A DNA stretch of 64,000 nucleotides from an uncultured Bacteroidales bacterium (GTDB taxonomy: Bacteria > Bacteroidota > Bacteroidia > Bacteroidales > Muribaculaceae): the NCBI GenBank assembly GCA_902792435.1, contig CADAZN010000014.1:40224-104223 (forward strand). The letters run 5' to 3'. Every line of letters begins with the position of its first letter. Within the stretch, counting starts at the first letter, position 1. The position numbers and the translations under genes were made by a program. Below, one piece after another: positions 1 through 8,882 of the stretch. The notes below the pieces were generated by a model, which was given only the letters and a program-made list of their open reading frames with translations, did no database searches and was not told the DNA's origin.

Positions 1-1298
1 ATGGGGTTACCATCCTCATCAACGGTGATATCGCGAATGACTCTTCTGTTGCCGTTGTCATCAATATAGCGGCCGTCAGGGGTGGTGATGTGCTCAATTG
101 CATGGCCGTTGCCTCCGCCCCAGCGGTTACATCCGCCCACATAGTGGGTGCACGATGAGCAATGGGTAAGCACGAGTGCAATCAACAACAGCAGTAATAG
201 TGCTAGCAAGAACCATAACAATGTGCGCAGGCAGCCCTCGGTAAACAAGGTCTTCCACCATGGCAATGCAATCTTCTCATAGGTGGCATAGAATGTGGTG
301 TCGCTATGGATGGGATTGCCCAATGGGGTGTTCCACCCTGTGAAGCGGTAACCCTCTATTGGAGTAACCATGGGCACCTGAGTGGGAGCTATAACCATTC
401 CGTCGGCAACTTGGGTGTCGGCAGGAGCACCGCTAAAGGTGCCAAAACCTCCGTGCTCAAAGTGCACGTTGTGCATCACGGGTGGCAATGGCTCGGGCTC
501 GGGTTCGGGCTCGGGTTCGGGCTCGGGTTCGGGCATGATGGGCAAAACAGGTGGCTCGGGAGTGGTTGGCATTTCTGGCGGTAGCACGATAGCTTCGCAC
601 ATGGCTGTGAATTCCAAATCCCTGTCAACTAAAGCATTGCTTGGGTCGTTAGGCGACCAGCCCACAAACTTGAATCCTTCGGCTGGAGTAACCGAGGGAA
701 CGTCGATGCCTGGGTGCAGGCGATAGCCGTGACGACGCATGAACGAGGCAGTGCCTTTCAATCTTGCGTTATCTGATTTGAATGTGATGCGGTGGAGCCT
801 TGTGTCGTCAACATCGGTAACGATAGCCGATACCATGTCGCCACCTGGCAACGCTTTCATTCCCCACACTCCAAGAATAACTTGCGACGGAGTAACAAAT
901 ACCATATCGTCGATATCCTCGCTGTCGATATATTTCAACATGCAGTTGAAATAGCGAGCTTCCTGTTCGCTGGCTTGACGCTTGAGGTTGTTGAAATAGG
1001 CTTTGGCCTCCGAAATCTGACGCTTAGCATCGTTGTACTGGGAGGTGCCTCTAACCGACGACAGGCGCACGGCTTGCGCCAAATCGGTGTCGACATGCCA
1101 TTCCAAGCCATGGATTGTGGACTCGAAATAGGGCATGGCAAAGAAGTTCTTGAATTTGGGATTTGTGACATGTTTTGCAATCAAACGCTCAAAATCACTT
1201 CTCCTATTATAGAAAGGTGTGCCTCCTACACTCTCTACTGTAAAGACACTCATCGGTGCCGTGGTGCACAGACGCGCTTTGTTTATTACTCTTGGCAT
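1..1298 (-). CDS. Membrane protein with two Listeria-Bacteroides-type (Flg_new-like) repeats and a (PE)7 linker; 3' end runs off the window
   Basis: Absent from the supplied ORF track because it has no in-window stop. Manual minus-strand translation from the ATG at 1298 stays open to position 1 (MPRVINKARLCTTAPMSVFTVESVGG...). It contains EGFKFVGWSP...LEFTAMCE and EGYRFTGWNT...TFYATYE units, the linker MPEPEPEPEPEPEPEPLPP and a TM helix LLWFLLALLLLLLIALVL. It starts 23 nt after the stop of 1322..4141. An alternative start is M16 at 1253. Confidence 0.65.
   Translation of the reverse strand, partial: MPRVINKARLCTTAPMSVFTVESVGGTPFYNRRSDFERLIAKHVTNPKFKNFFAMPYFESTIHGLEWHVDTDLAQAVRLSSVRGTSQYNDAKRQISEAKAYFNNLKRQASEQEARYFNCMLKYIDSEDIDDMVFVTPSQVILGVWGMKALPGGDMVSAIVTDVDDTRLHRITFKSDNARLKGTASFMRRHGYRLHPGIDVPSVTPAEGFKFVGWSPNDPSNALVDRDLEFTAMCEAIVLPPEMPTTPEPPVLPIMPEPEPEPEPEPEPEPLPPVMHNVHFEHGGFGTFSGAPADTQVADGMVIAPTQVPMVTPIEGYRFTGWNTPLGNPIHSDTTFYATYEKIALPWWKTLFTEGCLRTLLWFLLALLLLLLIALVLTHCSSCTHYVGGCNRWGGGNGHAIEHITTPDGRYIDDNGNRRVIRDITVDEDGNP
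490..534. repeat. Hexanucleotide (GGCTCG/GGTTCG) coding microsatellite, (PE)7 on the minus strand
   Basis: ggctcgggctcgggttcgggctcgggttcgggctcgggttcgggc. Confidence 0.85.
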
Positions 1299-1321
1299 AG
1301 TATTGCGTTTTAAATAGGTCT

Positions 1322-4141
1322 TTATTCGTTATTCAATTCCTCGATTATCTCGCCCATGCGAGCGTTGGCGGCTACATCATAGTCGGGCAGGTCGCACGAG
1401 AACACATAGCCCACCTTGAGCATTTCAATCCATCTCCACTTGTAACCATATCGGGGCAAGCGTGTGAGAGCTTGACGGTCTGATGCTTTGTAACCCTTCT
1501 CCTGAAGGCTGCGGTTGGCGCGGTCTAGTTCTTCGAGCAGATGAACGCCTGTCATGTCGTTTTTGGCCGTAATAATACTATCCTTGATGTTTAGTTTCAA
1601 CCGCTCGTTTTTCTCCATTATGCTGGCTCGCTGCTTTTCATCAAGGTAGTCATAGCCAAATGAGGTGACGAAGTGGTTGAATTCCATTGCGAGATAGTCG
1701 GCAATAATACCCACCGCATTGTCATTGTTGAACATGTTGAGATACTCATCTATCTTTTGGGTGATGCGATCATGCATGTTAAGATAGCGATATAGTCGTG
1801 ACAGGTTGGTGACCATGTCGGTAATTGACGGGATTGTTTCTTTGCACATGGCGGCAGCATGCTGGTTGAGGAACTGGTCAAGCCAGAAGTTCTCTACCTG
1901 ATAAGCCACCTGGTCGGCGCGTGAACTCATGATTTGGCTCACACTAAGCAATTTGCTTAGCTCAATACCTTGGCTCATCAGCAACTGGGCGCACTCTTCC
2001 TCGGTGTCAACACCCAGAGTGTCGCACAGTGTTCTGATGTTGTCGTCGCGAGATGCCTCGGTGCTTAGTCCAAACTGCATGAACAAGGCACTCTCGGCAT
2101 CGGAGCGGGAACTTGTAGCGTTGCTGCTGTTGAGCGCGGAGTGTATAATCTCAAACAGGTGAGGCTCGTCAATCATCATCACATCGAGCATCTTTCCAAA
2201 TGCCGATGGGTCACGGCTGTCGAGAATACCTATCTGTAGATTGGCTTGAGCGGCTTGACGCTTGGCTTTCTTTATTTCTTCGTCGACCGAACCGCTGTGA
2301 TAGTAGAGGCTCAAGGTTGTTTTTAGCTTGTTGAGTAGTTCTTTTACTTCGGAGGCAAACTTGTTGTCACGAGCCTCTTTTACTCGTGGGGCTAGCTCGT
2401 TGAGTGCCGCGATAATGGCCTTGGTGCCATCGTTGTTGAGTGTTGCCGCTCCATCCCATGCCTGTGAGGCGTCGCTGAAGTGTTTGGTGACAAAGTCATA
2501 ACTGATGAACGACTGCTTCAAGCATTCCATGAAATTAGGGAAGGCAGTGGGTATCACTTCTTCAATCTCGGGAGAATTAGTATTGGGATTATATCCCATG
2601 AACGACTTGGTCGAATACTTGAAATCCCTAAGCATGAAGATGTTGCGGAATGGCATGCCAGTGGTCCACTGATTAAACCAGTGAGAGTTGTCCTCGTCGG
2701 TGTTGGCTCTAAGCACTTCTTTCTCAAGAACGGTCTTGAAACGGTTCTCCCAGCGCTTTCGCATCTCATCGGGTTTGTCGGGCATATCATTGGTTTGATA
2801 TTCCAGGTCGAGATTGAAGAATGTGCTGATAATAAACAGCGGCGAAATGCGGGTGTAGCTCATGAAGTTGTCACGGTCGGACAATGTCTTGCCCACATTG
2901 CTCTTTACCCATTCAATGAGCACCGAGCCCATCTTGCTTTCGGCCGACTGCATGTTGTTGTGGCACAGCATCAGCGAAGAAATGCGCTTGGTGTCGCTGT
3001 AGCGGTTAAACAGGTAGGTTACCTTTCCTCGGCGAAGCACTACCGAGAGGTTCTTGCTGTTGGAGAGTTTGCTTGCCTCCATGTTCTCGGGTCTGCGCTC
3101 GCCAGGGAAGTCAAGAATGTCAAGGTTGGATAGGAATGCACGGCTCTCGCTCTCCATTGCCGGAAGCGACATATACAGCTCGGCAACAAGTGCACTAAGC
3201 ACGCTCTTCGACATCTCAACCTGCTGGCCTTGCGATGTGCCAACGATTGTCGTGGCACGGTATTGGGGTAACTCTACCTCCGAGGCATCATAAATCTCGT
3301 CGAGACGGGCCACATCGAGTAGGGTGCCATATTTCTTGAGCACTGCATCAAATGGGATGTAAACAATATTGCTGAACCTTATGGTGCGATAAGCCTTTAT
3401 CAAGGTGTCGAAAAGGCGACTGATGTCGGGATTCTCAAACCATAGGAGCTTCACGAGTGATATCAGCTGGTCGTCGGTGAGCATGTTGACATTAAGCACC
3501 AAGAAGTCAAAGAAGCCTGTCTCGGGGTCGATAATGTTGGCAACACGCTGCCTCATTGACGATGCATCTCGGCCCAGGTAGTCGCGAATGTCGCCTACGT
3601 CGTCCTGTGAAATCAAGGGCGATGGATTGGCTGTTGAAGGAACATCAATGCCCTCATAGAAAGAACGGATATAATCAATCTTCTTTATTTCGTTATTGTC
3701 ATAGTTGGTTTGGGTGTGATAAGCCTCGCACAACACTAGGATAATGTCGGCCACAGTGAGCAATCGGGCTTTGAGATAGCCCTCGGGAACGGTAGGGTCC
3801 GACGATGATGTAAAGCGTGTCACAACTCCTGTTGCCTCAACACGAGAATTGGGGTTACTTGGGTTTATCTCGTCAATAAAATTGTAGCTGCGGCGACCGT
3901 CGGTCACGGTGAATGGCTTGCCAGGGTCGCTCATCAGGGCGCTTACCAAATAGGATTTTCCCATCTGGCTCTCGCCAAAGGCGGCTGTAGAGCAGCGCTC
4001 GTCGTTAGCAAATTTTATTTTCTTGAAAGCACGTCTAATTTCAACAAGCTTGTTTACATAGCTCGCGCGCTCACTCTCAGGCACATTGATTCTCCATGAG
4101 AGGGCCTTCTCGACTACTTGTAGGTAATGGTTGAGGTTCAT
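1322..4141 (-). CDS. Large P-loop GTPase-like protein (SrfC-like putative virulence-factor family), 939 aa
   Basis: N-terminal Walker A FGESQMGKSYL (nt 3953-3976), a switch-like TGVVTRFT and a distal LDILDFPGE (DxxG). The C-terminal ~550 aa reads as helical. The start lies 1 nt after the stop of the upstream gene. The SrfC assignment is from memory of the family, not from a search. Confidence 0.8.
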   Translation of the reverse strand: MNLNHYLQVVEKALSWRINVPESERASYVNKLVEIRRAFKKIKFANDERCSTAAFGESQMGKSYLVSALMSDPGKPFTVTDGRRSYNFIDEINPSNPNSRVEATGVVTRFTSSSDPTVPEGYLKARLLTVADIILVLCEAYHTQTNYDNNEIKKIDYIRSFYEGIDVPSTANPSPLISQDDVGDIRDYLGRDASSMRQRVANIIDPETGFFDFLVLNVNMLTDDQLISLVKLLWFENPDISRLFDTLIKAYRTIRFSNIVYIPFDAVLKKYGTLLDVARLDEIYDASEVELPQYRATTIVGTSQGQQVEMSKSVLSALVAELYMSLPAMESESRAFLSNLDILDFPGERRPENMEASKLSNSKNLSVVLRRGKVTYLFNRYSDTKRISSLMLCHNNMQSAESKMGSVLIEWVKSNVGKTLSDRDNFMSYTRISPLFIISTFFNLDLEYQTNDMPDKPDEMRKRWENRFKTVLEKEVLRANTDEDNSHWFNQWTTGMPFRNIFMLRDFKYSTKSFMGYNPNTNSPEIEEVIPTAFPNFMECLKQSFISYDFVTKHFSDASQAWDGAATLNNDGTKAIIAALNELAPRVKEARDNKFASEVKELLNKLKTTLSLYYHSGSVDEEIKKAKRQAAQANLQIGILDSRDPSAFGKMLDVMMIDEPHLFEIIHSALNSSNATSSRSDAESALFMQFGLSTEASRDDNIRTLCDTLGVDTEEECAQLLMSQGIELSKLLSVSQIMSSRADQVAYQVENFWLDQFLNQHAAAMCKETIPSITDMVTNLSRLYRYLNMHDRITQKIDEYLNMFNNDNAVGIIADYLAMEFNHFVTSFGYDYLDEKQRASIMEKNERLKLNIKDSIITAKNDMTGVHLLEELDRANRSLQEKGYKASDRQALTRLPRYGYKWRWIEMLKVGYVFSCDLPDYDVAANARMGEIIEELNNE

Positions 4142-4142
4142 A

Positions 4143-7100
4143 TCAGAGGTCGGTATTTAAATCGGTAGTAGCAATATTTAAGTTAAATTCTCCAGAGTCA
4201 AGCCAGTAGCATTGAGGATCGTTGATGCTCTGAACTTGTAGCATGAAGTCTTTGGTGTTGAGGTCCTCACCATTGACGTCGGTAACCGAAGCAATAGTGA
4301 GTAGCTCTTTATTCTCTTCATAGTCTTCGCGTTCTATCTCAAACTTGAAAGGACCGCGATTAAGAAGGGTGTTGCGATACTCTCTCAAGCGACGTTGCTG
4401 TTGCTCAGGCGATAGAGAACCATCTGGATTAATTCGCTTGGTGATGTTCCTGTCGTCGACGTCCAGCACATAGAATGGCCTCACAGGGTAGATGCTGATG
4501 TCAAACTGCTTGGCTCCAATGTAGCAAGGGAATGAGTTCACCACAATATTGCCTGTTGAGGTGGTTGGAGTTATGAAGCAGCCTTCATTGTTGCGACCGC
4601 CAGCCTTCGAGAAGTTCTCGGTAGTGGGGCGCAGACGCTGGCTCAACTCTTGCAAGTCTAACGAGAATTCTTTCAATCCACCAGTCATTGAGGCTAGATA
4701 ACCTATCATTGCACCCACTGGCACCACGCTCTTGGTGTCAAACATGTAACCATTCTCGTCTTTGAAAGGATACCAGCGACCTATGCGATACTTGCCTAGC
4801 ACAACAAGGCGGTTGGGGCTTACAGGGAAATACCTGAGGAAACAGTCCTTGATAGGCTTGAGCATGGTGGGACGGCCCGAAAGTACTACTATATCGCAGT
4901 CGTGGGCATAGAGCAAAGTTGAGATTGACTCGATTAGGGAGTCGAGTGATAGCTCAACATTCTTCGAGAGCAATTGGTAATCATAGGTCCACTTGATATC
5001 TTGTAATTCAAAACCAAAGCAGTTCTTGAATGCTTGGCACACTATCTCGCTTGGCTTATTGTCTTTGAAAATCTCATCAAATCCCACTTCGCGATAGCGC
5101 TCGCCCTCGCTCAGTAAGCTCAAGAAATGATACATTACTGGAACGTTGACCTGCATATTGAAGTCGCGACGCATGATGCGGTCTTTAAATGTCATCATGT
5201 TGTTGTCTTGACCAAAGAAGTGGTACAGGCGTCGATAAGCCTCTTGGCGAGTCATACCGGCCTCCTGAGTCATATGCTTGTAGAAGATACCATCCTCACT
5301 CTCGATTATGACATTTTGAATAAGTTTTTGAAGCATGTCATCGCCTGCCACGTTGAAACTATCCCAATATAGTGGCACAGGTCTGAGCTGGGATGGGTTG
5401 CTCTCATTATATTCATAGCGGCAAACCATCACGTCGGTGGTACCGGCGCCAATGTCAACCGAGCCAATGTGTAGGCTGTCGCGACTTCGGCCTTCTATGT
5501 CACGTTTCTTGCCATAGAGCTTGAAGAACATGTCGCTGCAGTTGTTATAACGCTCGCAGAATTGTGCATACAAGTACACAAATTGTGAGCATGTGGCTTC
5601 GTCGAAATACCAGCTGCGATTGCCGTCTGGATCGGGCTTGGTGTCGGGAATGATGTCTATCTGTAATGAGATGCTGTTCTCATCAATTATGTTGTTATAG
5701 GCATTTACTATGCTGATGGCGTCTTTCAAGCTGTCATATAGTGCCTCGCGCTCCACTTGCGACATGGCGGTGGGGCAAGTCACGATAACACGCTCTAGGC
5801 GGCGGGGAGTGTTACGCAGGTCGTGACGCTCTCGCGACTGGAAGCTGTTGATTTGCACAAGTGCTTGTTGCACAATCTCGATAAAGGCAAAGGTCATGAG
5901 CGAGCTGCGGGAGTAGTGAGCTCCTATACCAAAACCGTCGGGGTTGAACGTGCCATCATCGTTGATGAAACATGTCAAGCCCTCGATGATGGGTGGTAAG
6001 GTGTAGTTCTCATTGCCAATGTTTACAAAGCGCCATTCGCTCTGGCTGGGCTTGTTGTCCCACAAGTAGCGCTTGGGACTGGAGTTTGTCGATAAGGTCT
6101 CCTGACCTAAATTCAGGGCGGTGGCCTCATGATTCAGGAAATTGGCCTCGCGTCCCAGTCTGATTATACTTGGCCACACAAATTGGTTGCTGCCCATTAT
6201 GTTTTGACCAAACGACACTTTGCGGAAGGCCAAGCGCATGTCAAAGGTGTCCTCCTCGCGGTTCAAATGGCCGTTGGGGAGCAGCAGGTGGGTGTAGTTT
6301 TGTAATTTAAGTGGGTCTACTTTGGTGAAATCCTGAGTGAATTGGTTGTTCTCAAACAGCAATGCCGAGGTGCGTGAGTTACCAATGTCGATAATCATTT
6401 CTACGTTGACAACGTTTACGTCACGGTCGCGCATGAGTTTTACCGACGAGAACAGGTCGATACTGCTCAAGTACTTGATGAACATTAAGTAGGTTGCCAA
6501 GAATTCATATTTGTGATGACCATCACGAAGCTCGAGCATGTCAAAGTTGGCAACATCGGGGAATACTATCTCCATCAAGCAGTCGCGTATCCAGTTTTTG
6601 TTCCAGGCACAGTAATCAATGAGCTGGCGCTCGTTGCCACACAGGCCAAAACGTTTCTCGGTTTCTCCCTCGCTCATAAACACGGGGCTCTCTTTATAGA
6701 TGTCGCTAGTGTTGTAGTAACCTGCTCGAGTGTCAAAAGCAAAGAGGAGGTCGGCGGTCAGCACTCCACCTTCGGTGCCGCGGGGAACAATCATAAGCTT
6801 GCTCCAGTTATACGGACCATTCTTGTAGTCGCCAGCCTCATCCATCTCAATGAATGGAATGGGAAGCCAACGATTAAAGTATTTTTCAAGATATTTGTTG
6901 TTGTTGGCCAACTTGGAATAAAAAATTCCCGAGGCATCTTCGTCTTCATCGTCGCCCACGTTGAATTGCGTGACCTCGGGATTGGCTAGCACAACTGCCT
7001 CGCTTGTGGTGAGATTGTTGTCGCTATCAAGATATCCTTTCTCGCGTAGCTGGGAGGTGAGCAACACGGTCTCGTTGTTCAGTGTGTAGGCAAACTCTAA

Positions 7101-7226
7101 TTTCCATTGAAACATCTCGTCGTCAAACGACTCATAGAACCTGCATTTATAGCCTGCGTTTAGATCTATATTAATGCGCTTGGTTAATAACTGAATTCCT
7201 GAGTTGGCTATCAAAGAATAATCCAT
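4143..7226 (-). CDS. Actin/HSP70-fold (ASKHA) ATPase-like protein (SrfB-like), 1027 aa
   Basis: Three ordered ASKHA nucleotide-binding signatures are present: MIIDIGNSRTSALLF (phosphate-1), GSVDIGAGTTDVMVC (phosphate-2) and CDIVVLSGRPTMLKP (adenosine). It is the first gene of the three-gene operon. Confidence 0.8.
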   Translation of the reverse strand: MDYSLIANSGIQLLTKRINIDLNAGYKCRFYESFDDEMFQWKLEFAYTLNNETVLLTSQLREKGYLDSDNNLTTSEAVVLANPEVTQFNVGDDEDEDASGIFYSKLANNNKYLEKYFNRWLPIPFIEMDEAGDYKNGPYNWSKLMIVPRGTEGGVLTADLLFAFDTRAGYYNTSDIYKESPVFMSEGETEKRFGLCGNERQLIDYCAWNKNWIRDCLMEIVFPDVANFDMLELRDGHHKYEFLATYLMFIKYLSSIDLFSSVKLMRDRDVNVVNVEMIIDIGNSRTSALLFENNQFTQDFTKVDPLKLQNYTHLLLPNGHLNREEDTFDMRLAFRKVSFGQNIMGSNQFVWPSIIRLGREANFLNHEATALNLGQETLSTNSSPKRYLWDNKPSQSEWRFVNIGNENYTLPPIIEGLTCFINDDGTFNPDGFGIGAHYSRSSLMTFAFIEIVQQALVQINSFQSRERHDLRNTPRRLERVIVTCPTAMSQVEREALYDSLKDAISIVNAYNNIIDENSISLQIDIIPDTKPDPDGNRSWYFDEATCSQFVYLYAQFCERYNNCSDMFFKLYGKKRDIEGRSRDSLHIGSVDIGAGTTDVMVCRYEYNESNPSQLRPVPLYWDSFNVAGDDMLQKLIQNVIIESEDGIFYKHMTQEAGMTRQEAYRRLYHFFGQDNNMMTFKDRIMRRDFNMQVNVPVMYHFLSLLSEGERYREVGFDEIFKDNKPSEIVCQAFKNCFGFELQDIKWTYDYQLLSKNVELSLDSLIESISTLLYAHDCDIVVLSGRPTMLKPIKDCFLRYFPVSPNRLVVLGKYRIGRWYPFKDENGYMFDTKSVVPVGAMIGYLASMTGGLKEFSLDLQELSQRLRPTTENFSKAGGRNNEGCFITPTTSTGNIVVNSFPCYIGAKQFDISIYPVRPFYVLDVDDRNITKRINPDGSLSPEQQQRRLREYRNTLLNRGPFKFEIEREDYEENKELLTIASVTDVNGEDLNTKDFMLQVQSINDPQCYWLDSGEFNLNIATTDLNTDL

Positions 7227-7266
7227 AATTATTTATTCCTATAAAATATAAGTGATGATATTTGGC

Positions 7267-7291
7267 AAACTCGCTGTTTTTCAGCGAGTTT
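7267..7291 (-). promoter_or_regulatory. Perfect 10-bp stem / 5-nt loop hairpin in the 5' leader of the SrfB-like operon
   Basis: aaactcgctg-ttttt-cagcgagttt, located 41 nt upstream of the start codon at 7226. Confidence 0.4.
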
Positions 7292-7327
7292 CTGGTTAAT
7301 AGTCTTGAAGTATCTTTTAGTTCTGCA

Positions 7328-7335
7328 CAAAATTA
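7328..7335 (-). promoter_or_regulatory. -7 box TAATTTTG (minus strand) for the SrfB-like operon
   Basis: The reverse complement of caaaatta matches TAnnTTTG. It is preceded on the minus strand by a T9 run (7337-7345) and implies a ~95-nt leader. Confidence 0.4.
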
Positions 7336-7541
7336 GAAAAAAAAATCCATAATTGTTACTTTTTCACGAAAAATATAATGAATAAATTATAATCGTAATA
7401 TTAATATTATATATATCAATAGCCGTGGATAAGTTTGCCTATGAAACCACTATCGTTCTTTTTGGGCGTTTTATTTGCACAATTCAAGATTCTTTTAGAA
7501 TTTTGCAGCCCAAAAAATATTTTCACTTCACTCACACTATC

Positions 7542-8858
7542 ATGGGACAGATAAGCGACACTAATATTAACGATAACAATGAAGTTGCCACTCAGGCCGA
7601 CCTTGCCGAGGTGCTGGAGGTGGCGGCTAAAGCAGGGCACATCCTCCTGGAGAATGGGGCCGAGATATCGCGCGTTGAGGACATTATGGGTCGCATCTCG
7701 TCGCATTTTGGAGTTGATTCGGGCAATTTCTTTGTCCTTTCTAACGGCATTTTCACCACTGGACGGGCCAATAAGATTACCAAGTCGGGAGCGCAGGCTT
7801 CTACCTACGCTAATGTGGAGTTTATTCCGCTCAGAGCAATCCAATTGTCGAAGGTTGTAGCTGTGAACCGCTTGAGCTATGATATTTCTAATGGAAGAAT
7901 TAATTTGGCCGAGGCTCGTGAGAGACTTGAGCGCATCAGCTCGGCAGCGCCAAAGCCAGCTTGGGAGCAAATTCTGGGATCGGGACTGGGTGCAGGAGGT
8001 TTTTGCGCCGTGTTCGGTGGCGGATGGATGGACTGCCTTGCTGCATTGGTGGTGGGTTTGTTACTTTATGCCTTCGTTCTAGGAGTGAGCGGTCGTTATC
8101 TTTCTAAGATTGTGGGTGGCACATGCAATGCTCTTGTTGCCACGTTGTTGTGCGTGTTGTGCTGGCGCATGGGCTTTGGCGACAGTCTTGCCAACATCAT
8201 CATCGGTGCTATCATGCCATTGATTCCTGGGGTGCCGTTTGTCAATGGTGTTCGTGATCTTGCCAACAGCGATTACCTGGCAGGCTTCACCCGTCTCACC
8301 GACGCCATGCTTGGCTTCTTCTGCATTGCAGTGGGTGTGTCGTTGGGATTTATCCTCGATGGCACGTTGCATGGTGGCGTGGTGAGCATCAGCATGACTG
8401 TGAGTCCGCAAACGGCTAGCGTGTTCCTTCAGGCGCTTGCCGCATTCATTGGCACGGCGGCGTTTGCATTGTTGTTCGGTATCGACCGCGAGCATTATGT
8501 GCCTGCAGGAGTGATTGGCGCTATTGGTTGGGCTTTATATTTGGTTCTAGTGCGCCAATGCGGAGCTACGCCTGTTACTGCCACCCTGGCTTCATCCACT
8601 CTCGTGTGTATAGTTTCTCGAATGGCTGCCATTCCGTTCCGCATTCCGGCGCAGGGATTTCTTCTTTGTGGAATCTTCCCGCTAGTGCCTGGAGCCGGAA
8701 TCTTCTGGTTTACCTATTATCTCACCGACTCGCAGTTCGACCTCTCAATGCAGAGCGGCTGGATGGCTAGCAAGGTTGCTATTGCCATTGTTTTGGGTAT
8801 AATTTTGGCAATGGAGTTACCGCAGCGATTATTCTCTCATAATCACCGCACGCACTAG
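7542..8858 (+). CDS. Threonine/serine exporter family protein (fused ThrE N- and C-terminal halves)
   Basis: LENGAEISRVEDIMGRI motif followed by about 10 hydrophobic segments. The track ORF starts at 7425, but the first plausible ATG (MGQISDTN...) is at 7542. Confidence 0.75.
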   Translation: MGQISDTNINDNNEVATQADLAEVLEVAAKAGHILLENGAEISRVEDIMGRISSHFGVDSGNFFVLSNGIFTTGRANKITKSGAQASTYANVEFIPLRAIQLSKVVAVNRLSYDISNGRINLAEARERLERISSAAPKPAWEQILGSGLGAGGFCAVFGGGWMDCLAALVVGLLLYAFVLGVSGRYLSKIVGGTCNALVATLLCVLCWRMGFGDSLANIIIGAIMPLIPGVPFVNGVRDLANSDYLAGFTRLTDAMLGFFCIAVGVSLGFILDGTLHGGVVSISMTVSPQTASVFLQALAAFIGTAAFALLFGIDREHYVPAGVIGAIGWALYLVLVRQCGATPVTATLASSTLVCIVSRMAAIPFRIPAQGFLLCGIFPLVPGAGIFWFTYYLTDSQFDLSMQSGWMASKVAIAIVLGIILAMELPQRLFSHNHRTH

Positions 8859-8882
8859 ACCTTATTGCCTGAAAAAATCTTT

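Noticed and set aside
306-1313. Plus-strand track ORFs 306..584, 382..726, 739..954 and 792..1313, including a GSGSGSGS low-complexity stretch.
   Set aside because: They are antisense shadows of a continuous minus-strand ORF (1-1298) that has recognisable domains, a TM helix and operon context. The GS repeat is the reverse reading of the (PE)7 microsatellite.
7416-7970. A 184-aa minus-strand ORF and the upstream extension of the ThrE ORF (7425-7541).
   Set aside because: The minus ORF overlaps the well-supported transporter gene. The 5' extension of the transporter ORF covers AT-rich promoter-like sequence, and a good ATG with a typical N-terminus exists at 7542.
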